Source: Chiloscyllium plagiosum | Taxonomy: Eukaryota | NCBI RefSeq assembly: GCF_004010195.1 | Contig: NC_057718.1 | Coordinates: 63,346,012 to 63,410,011 of the forward strand | Direction of reading: 5' to 3' | Length of the DNA stretch: 64,000 nt | In this document: in pieces, positions 55,232-64,000 of the stretch | Layout: each line of letters begins with the position of its first letter | Numbering within the stretch: position 1 is the first letter of the stretch | Position numbers and translations under genes: made by a program | The notes under the pieces: generated by a model | Seen by the model: the letters and a program-made list of their open reading frames with translations, nothing else | What the model was told of the DNA's origin: nothing | The model's database searches: none

Positions 55232-55724
55232 AGAAAAATGTATCCATTAAAAATCTATATGAGATACAAACACTTTCTTTTCTTTTAGAAATTCTTGAGC
55301 CAAACAGTTATATATGAACCTGTGAGATGACTTACTCCCAATCACTGGGTAGATTCCATCAACAACCACTAGTTGCTGAATGAGCGAGTATAGAAGTGTG
55401 TGCGAACAGTGGATATGTACGGTCAGTTTTCCCATTGTGTGGGAGACCAGTGAAGAGAGCCCAACTGACCCATGTGACAACCACACTTGTTCCAGGAAAT
55501 GTTTATTAATAAATCTCCTTAATTAAAACTCCAACAGGAAGCTAGGACCGAAGGCCTGTTCTGGCTGTACTGTTCGATGTTCTATCCAACATGAATACTA
55601 TCCTGAGGAAATTAATTCACAATTTCTTCTAAAACAAATTAAATGTCAGGTATTAAACTACTAGGGAAATGGAGAAATTTGTTTGTTCAGTCTATTTTAA
55701 TGGTTTAACATCCCAAAATTATTA

Positions 55725-55940
<216 letters not shown>

Positions 55941-56248
55941 TTAAATAAGCATAAACTATCAAAGCTCGCTGCCAGGCAGCTAGGTATTCAACTTTGTAAA
56001 TAGTGTTAGGAATTATCAGAGGTTAAGGGAAACAGTTGGGGTGTGTTTTATTTTAAATGTACTATCTGAAATTAACCAAATTTGTAATAACAGCCTGAAG
56101 TCTAGATTCTTGAGCGTTTTATTTACTATGTATTCATTCAAGTAAAGCATTCAAGTAAAGCTTCTCCCTAAATATATTTTTCTTTAAATGATAAAATATT
56201 AAGACTTATTTTTTTCATGCAACTCTTAACTGCCTGCAGTTACAATAC

Positions 56249-56331
56249 CTGCTGGATATGCCATGATGTTCCTGTGGTTGAGGGGCCCTTCCTTGAACTG
56301 CTGCAGATGGCTTTGTGAGACCCAACATATC
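56249..56331 (-). CDS. SEC23B: SEC23B exon 6 equivalent, DMLGLTKPSAAVQGRAPQPQEHHGISSR
   Basis: 83 nt, AG/GTATTG, ends phase 2; not in the ORF track, translated by hand. Confidence 0.93.
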
Positions 56332-57138
56332 CTGTTCAAAGTAGGCAAAGTGAAAAAAAACTAAATACCTGTACTTCAATACAAGAAACTAATCAAGTCA
56401 CATTTCAAGTGGCTTGGTATTATGGAGATAGTGGAGATTTAACATTCTCACCCAAGTCTCTTGCTCCATAGCAAGTTAAAAAATACTAGTTTGAAAAACA
56501 TGAACACTACATTAAGCAGTAATTTATTCCTCATCAGCATGGACACACCTTATTAGGATAATTTTTTTTTAACAGAAATGGTTAAATATGTCTTTTTTTT
56601 ACTTTTATGACAAAATAATTGCATAATGAAAACTAACCACATCTCAAACTTTTCTGGATGGAAACTGAGGAAGCTGAATTAACATTGATAAAAGCAATAT
56701 TAACAAGGGTGCTTTAGATTGATTTACTGAATAAGAGATGAGCGCAGTTGAACTCAACTGTACCATTCAAAAAGAAAAATACAAAAGCTAAAATTTGTTG
56801 CAAACTTTTAAAATGGCATTATTTCATCCTGTATTGTTCAAATTAAAGTTGCAAATACTCTCCTTATGAAAATAGTGTTTAGAAGCATTGATAGAAGCAG
56901 AGATGATAATAGGTTCTGATTCTGCAAATGCTAGCTTCAACAAAAGGACCGTCAGTTAACGTCGTAGAACTTATACAGCACTACTGCATTAATAATGAAC
57001 TTTGATGAGAAGTAGAGCAAAGTTACAAAACCTTAACTTGCAAGAAATGCATTTTTTGTCTAGAAAAATGCTGTAAAACAGAAAAACTTGGAAGTTGAAA
57101 TGTCTACGTCTTGAAGAGATTTACTTCAAGTAACTTCA

Positions 57139-57504
<366 letters not shown>

Positions 57505-57523
57505 TCATTTAAATTACAAATTA

Positions 57524-57781
<258 letters not shown>

Positions 57782-58130
57782 TTACAGTGCAAAATTCCTT
57801 CATTACACAATGTTTGGAAAGACAAAGTCTCTGCAATATTGGTGGATATTTTCCATCATTCAAATATTCATAGCAGGAATATTCCACTCTCCTTACATTT
57901 TTAAGGAAAAAACCACATCCAAATTGTTATGATGAGCATTATACTTTTTGAAACCTTTAGATTTAATGACTGATAATATCCACCAGATACTTCAAGATAG
58001 AGTATATTTTCACAACTCATTCGCAACAGGTGACAAAAATCATTCAATGAGAGGTGAACAAAATTGATACAATTAGTTACATTTTCGAAACAATCCAATT
58101 TCAAGCTTCAAAAGATTAAAAGAATATATT

Positions 58131-59170
58131 AAGAACATAAGAAATAGAAGCAGGAATTTACAATTTAACATCTCAAGCTTGCTCTGCTATTCAACAAGAT
58201 CAAGGCTCAAAGTTAAAAATCGCACAACACCAGGTTATAGTCCAACAGGTTTATTTGGAAGCACTAACTTTCGGGGCACTGCTCCTTCATCAGTCTTCAT
58301 CAAGGCTCATCAAGGCCTCAACTTCTCTTTCATGTGAGCTTAGCACAGCTGTCAACTCTGATATTTAAAAAGTCTCTCTGTCTCCTCTTCAAATACTTTC
58401 AGTGGCCTAGCCCCCATAACTCTGTTGGGTACATAATTCCAGACATTGACCAGCATCTGGGAGAAGAAATTCATTCATAACTCAGTTTTAAATATTCTGC
58501 GACCATGACCCTTAGTTTGAGGTTCCTCCATTTATGGAAACACATTCTCAACATCACCTTCTCAAACCCCCTCAGAGTCTTGTATGGTTTAATAAGATTA
58601 TTTTGAACTTGGATAAAGGCCTAGTCTATTTATCAGCTTTTGATAAGTCAAACCGTTTCAGTCAGGAATCAACCTAGTGAATATCTTTTGAACTGCCAGT
58701 ATATTCTAATTTGCACTGGCATCACATTGACATTTTCCTAATCTGCCAAACCCTCTTGGAAATCAGTAAGTCCTAGGATATTTTGACCAATGCATCCACT
58801 ATCCTGCAGCCATTTTCTTTAAAATCTTAGGATGCAAGCCATCAGGTCCTGGTGACTTGTCTGCCTTTAGTCCCAATAGTTTGTCAAATACTGCGTCCCT
58901 CGTGATAGAGTTACAAGATTTTTCCTCCCATTAGCAAACTGCTTCTCTGTTTACAGTGTACTCCACATCAAAAACCACCAAATACTGATTTAAATTATCT
59001 GCCATTTCACTGTTCCTCACTATCAATTACTGAGGTCCCACCCTTATCTTAGCTTGTATTTCTTTTGATAAACCCACAGAGGTTCTTGTTGTTGGTGTTT
59101 ATATTTCTTGCCAATTTACTTTCACAATCAATTTTTTCTGTTTTTATTAGCTTTTTAGTCATCTACTGCT
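58131..59170 (-). mobile_element. Decayed CR1 LINE containing a mini-PLE (58210-58298)
   Basis: CR1 tail AAGAACATAAGAAATAG; mini-PLE of the 15569 family with 11-bp TSD at 58199-58209/58299-58309. Confidence 0.7.
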
Positions 59171-59904
59171 GTTTCTTCCACAGTCTGTTTCACAGTGATG
59201 CTGGCTTGCTGCACATTTTCTGCACTGTAGAGATTCCTTGATTCTATGATTCTTTTCCAGTCTGCACCGTAGTGATGCTGGCTCATCACACATTCCGCCA
59301 AGTCCCTAAATATTCGAGATTATCCACTACAAATTATGCATGGTAGGTACAAGGGGATTAAAAATTTAAATAAGAGCTATTCCATCCAGATAAAGATTGA
59401 CATGTTCCATGATTTGACTTGATTGTCGAACATTCACGTGCAAAGTATAAAATAGACATACTTTAATGACTTCGGAACATTAAAATTTTTAGAGCATCAG
59501 TGCTCTTCTAGGTTCCCAAGTTAAATAATTTGACATTTTGGGTTTTGTTTTTAAATTGCTTTTGTTGCATTCTATACTCAAAACTATTTTTACTGAGACA
59601 TAGTTAAAGTATATTTCACTGCTGACAACAAAAAAAAGCCTTTTTGAATCCACAAGGGGCATCTATAAACAAAGGTTCTTCCATCAAGGTGAATCTCTTC
59701 TTAAGTATGAAACGCGACCTATCAACAGTGGAAAGAAGATTTCCAACAATTCTTCAATCATGAATCTATAATAGCAGCTGGCACTTCTCAAGCTGTTCTC
59801 TAGTATTCTGTGTAGAAACAATAGGTAACTCACAGTCGATGGAATTGCAAAAAGCAATAAAAAGAATGAAAATGTCTGCAGTCCAGTAGTATTCTTTGTT
59901 GTTT

Positions 59905-62900
59905 AAATTTTTTATTGAGAAATTTTCTCTTTATAAAACTTATAAAATTACAAGAATATAACAATCTAAAATTATAACATTTACAATGAACTAACGACTA
60001 CCCTACTCTACAAAACAAATCAGTAAATAAATAACGCCACTCAGCACAACCACACTGAAGCTCCCAACCTTAGGAAGCCTTAATTATTACACCCGTATTT
60101 ATTTGGGATTCTTCCTCTCAAGACACAACGTTCACTAAACCTAATGATCATGACTAAACAAAAGCCCTAATTAAAATGGTAGACAAATCTGCTTCCGGGT
60201 AATTCAAAAAGTGTTGCCATGACTTATAAAAAAGTTCTGTTTCATGGTGCACCATGTTTGTGAGGAAAACCAAAGGGATGTGCTCCATAATTAATTTACG
60301 CCACCCCATCAGGCCCAGAGGGTTCTCATACTCCCAGCTCATCAGAATGTTCTTCCTCGTACAGTAAGTTAGAATGTTAAGTAACTTTTTCCCATGTGCA
60401 TCTAAGGAAGATAAAGTCAGCAAGCCCAAGATAAGAGAGACTGGTCTACCTTAACTTCGGTCCCCAGGACCCTCTCTATTACTCCTGCCACAGCGCTCCA
60501 GTACCTATGAAGCTTGTGACATGACCACAAACAATGAGTCAAGGTACCCATGCTTATTGTGCACTTGGGGCACATTGGAGATGCTCCCTTTTTGAATTTC
60601 GCAAGACGATCGGAGACCAAATGCATCCTGTGAAGCACCCTCAACAGCATAGCGTGTGTTCTGTTACAGATCCAGAACTTTCTCACATTCTCCCAAATGT
60701 CCTCCCAAGTCTCTGAGGTGATCTCCATTCCCAACTCTTGCTCTCAGACTTCACATAGTTGCTCAATACCGCTCAAAGCACTGCACTTCGGTTGGTGGTA
60801 GAGAGCACTAACCAAGAGATTACTTATGGCATGAAGCACTCTCTTCTGTGTCAGATCTTTAGGGGTTGGTCAAAAGCATAGTCTTTTATTGGATAACATC
60901 CCTAACCAGAAAGAAATGAATATGGTCTCTGCTGGGCAATCCATACTTGCGGCTCATTTGGTCTAAGGACATCATAATCTCCCCAGTAGAAGACTCCCCT
61001 AATTGCCCAAAAGTTTGAATCCAGGAACCATCATCCCTGAAGGGAATCCTGGCGTGCCACCAACTATAGGGGTAAGAAAGGAGGTTTTAGATTAACTGCC
61101 CTCGCTCTGTCGCATTGCTCTCCAGGTTTTGACCATATTAACACTGATTGGATTCTGACAGTATTCCATAACTGTCCTCGTCTTACCCTTAAACAACAGA
61201 CTAGTAAAGGGGCACTTTGCCTGGGAGGCCCTGATATCCAACCATATTGACTTCGGATCCTCAAGCCCAGTCACTCGAAGGACAGGAGGATGCTTAGTCG
61301 GTATGTCTTAATATCTGGAAAGTCTACTCCCCCCAATCCTTGGGGTAGCTGCAATTTGGCAAGCTTAATGAGGGGCAGCCTGTGACGCCAAATAAAAGAA
61401 CAAAGCATCCAGTGAGTCTCCACAATGTTTGCCTGGGAAACATCAGAGGGAGCATTCATATGGGAAGTAGCAAACGACCAAGGACATTCATTTAGATATG
61501 GGTTATCTGACTTAACCAGGGTATTCGAAGGGTCTCTCGTCTTTGAAGATCTTGTGTAATCATGTCAAGCAAATGAGCAAAATTAGTCTTAAATAATTGA
61601 TCAAAAGGCGAGAGTAACAAAAATACTTAATTAAAGAAACCCCCCTCACTTGCCACCATTTAGAGGGGAATCGTAATTCACCTTCAATATCAGGTATTCC
61701 CCTAAGACCCCCATGGGCATAGCCTTCGACTTTGCAAAATTGATCTTATATCCTGAGAAAGAGCCAAATAAATTAATACAATGTATTAAATGGGGTACAG
61801 AAACTGCTGGGTTTGATAAGAGGAACATCATCTGCATATAATGTGAACTAATGTGCCCTTGATCCCACTTCCAGGGCAGCTATGTTGGAGCCCCTCTAGA
61901 TACCCTCTGCTAACGATTCAATCACCAACGTTAACAGTAGCAGTGAGGGGGGATAACCTTGCTGACTGCCCCTACTGATACTGAAATTACTAGATCTTAC
62001 ACCACTGGTGAGAACCATTGGCAAGTGGATCACTATACAAGACATTCACCCATCTGACAAAGATCTCACCGAGACCAAACCATTCCAAAGTATAAACAAG
62101 ATATGGCCACTGCATCTGGTCAAATGCCTTCTCTGCGTCTAAATAGATCACCAGTCCCTGAACCGATAGCTGCTGACATACTTGCACCATATTCAATAAT
62201 CTTCTAATATTATTGGAGGACCTGTGGCCCTTTATAAAACCCGTATGGTTCTCCTCAACAATAGAGGGAAACATCCTCCCCAATCTCAACACAAGTGTCT
62301 TGGATAAAATTTTATAAAGTCTGAATTTAACAGTGAAATGGGCCTATATTAGATTAGATTAGATTACTTACAGTGTGGAAACAGGCCCTTCGGCCCAACA
62401 AGTCCACACCGACCCGCTGAAGCGCAACCCACCCAGACCCATTCCCCTACATTTACCCCTTCACCTGACACTACGGGCAATTTAGTATGGCCAATTCACC
62501 TAACCTGCACATTTTGGACTGTGGGAGGAAACTGGGGCACCTGGAGGAAACCCACGCAGACACAGGGAGAATGCGCAAACTCCACACAGAGAGTCGCCTG
62601 AGGCGGGAATTGAACCCGGGTCTCTGGCGCTGTGAGGCAGCAGTGCTAACCACTGAGCCACCGTGCCGCCCACAAATTGAAGCACAATGTGAAGCACAGT
62701 CCTCCAGAGTCTTCCCTGTCTTGAGAATGAGAGAGATGTTAGGCTCTCAGGGATGGCAGGAGGCAGTCATGACTGTATGAATAGTTGTACACATCCAGCA
62801 TCAGCCCTGACAATATATTTATAAATTCTCTGGAATTCACTCGGGAGACCACCTGGGCCGGTGCCTTTCCACTTTGAAGCTGTCGTACTGCCTGCTGTAC

Positions 62901-64000
62901 CTCTCGTACTGTTAAGGGGGCATTAAGAGGAGACGTCTGTGCCGAGGTCACACCTGGAAGGTCCAGGTTCTTAAAACAAAACTCTTAGCCAACCTATATA
63001 GTTCGACATAGTTCAGAGTAAAATCTCCAAAATGCTGCATTGATCTTTTTAAGAGTCACAAGTAAGAATCCCACTGCCTTCTCTGATTGATGTAATGGAT
63101 TGGGGAGGGAGGTATTCTTTTTTCTGGCCAGATATGCCAGACCTACTGTCATGCTCAAACAGCTTTTAGTTCACGAAAGAGATTCTCTCTTTGCTCTTTG
63201 AGAGAGCATGGAGTACAATGTAACCCGGAGAGCTGTGACTCATTGCAATTTAGTTACTGATGCCCAAAATATGCTGTGTCGGCTGCCTTCAACCATGCCT
63301 TGAGCAGACGCTGCTGCTTTCCCTTCTGTCACTTTCGACTGGCCGAATAAGAGATATCCCCGTAGCGTACACTTTAGCAGTCTCCCAGAGTACAGACAGG
63401 TTACTAGCTGTACCCGAATCGATAGCCAAGAACACTTCAAATTCACTCGAGAAGTACTCGATACACTTACTGTCCTTGAGAATAAATGGAGCACTTTGCC
63501 AATGCTGCGAACCTGTTCCATTGCCATTAATCTTAACCTCCAAATACTGCCGCATGATCAGAAATGGCTATGTTTCCAATTTTACAGGACATCACCGAAT
63601 CCAGAAAAACCGAGGGGAGCTAAAAATGGTCTATCCTAGTAAGACACTTTTGCGGATTAGAGAAAAAGTGTGGAGACATGTCCAAATGTCCACCAGTCCC
63701 AATTCCACACATCAGTCAACTAGTTGCTTAGATTGCGAGAGATGTTTGGGGGACTTTTGGGCATTCTATCTACTGTGGGGTTCATCGGATGATTAAAGTC
63801 TCCCCCTATAATACTGTTTTGCATTCCAAGGGCAATCAAAATAGAAAGTGCATCAGTCAGGAATTTGAGGGGGTGTGCTGGGAGACTAAACATTTAGAAT
63901 GCCATACTCTTCACCGTGTATTAAAGCTTTAAGAATTACGAACCGCCTATATTCATCTTTAATTTGGTCTAATAACTTAAATGGGAGATCTTCTGGACAA
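59905..64000 (-). mobile_element. LINE-1-like element ORF2 (EN-RT-zinc knuckle), frameshifted, runs off the window
   Basis: TGFIKGHRSSNNIRRLLN...LDAEKAFD, LPQGLGGVDFPD, CPKC...LTHCLWSC; AATAAA-containing 3' end near 59910. Confidence 0.9.
62348..62671 (-). mobile_element. HE1/V-SINE inserted in the L1
   Basis: Near-consensus full-length HE1. Confidence 0.92.

Noticed and set aside
63260..63796. 178-aa plus-strand ORF
   Set aside because: Antisense to the L1 endonuclease region, with no recognisable motif

Overview
Eukaryotic genomic DNA from a cartilaginous fish, almost certainly a shark (abundant HE1/V-SINEs with HER1/CR1 partner LINEs). The only host gene is SEC23B (COPII coat subunit) on the minus strand: 17 coding exons (equivalent to human exons 4-20, 2022 nt, 673 aa plus stop) between 57673 and 13205, all phase-consistent; the 5' exons lie beyond the right end. 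One intron uses a GC donor. The rest is mostly transposon debris: the 3' end of an endogenous retrovirus (env TM, PPT, 3' LTR), many Penelope-like elements (PLEs) whose terminal repeats carry hammerhead-ribozyme motifs and 11-16 bp target duplications, CR1, L1, Tx1 and L2/Crack-type LINEs, SINEs, a solo LTR, two Tc1/pogo MITEs and a tRNA-Val pseudogene. I see no wholly new multi-gene system. The best leads are the hammerhead-bearing mini-PLEs (some sense to SEC23B), a perfect 100-bp non-TE palindrome that builds an in-frame cryptic exon, a chimeric CR1+SINE cassette present twice in different flanks, and a G>Q change near the Sec23 arginine finger. Repeat boundaries are approximate unless TSDs/TIRs are given; family names are from recall, not database searches.
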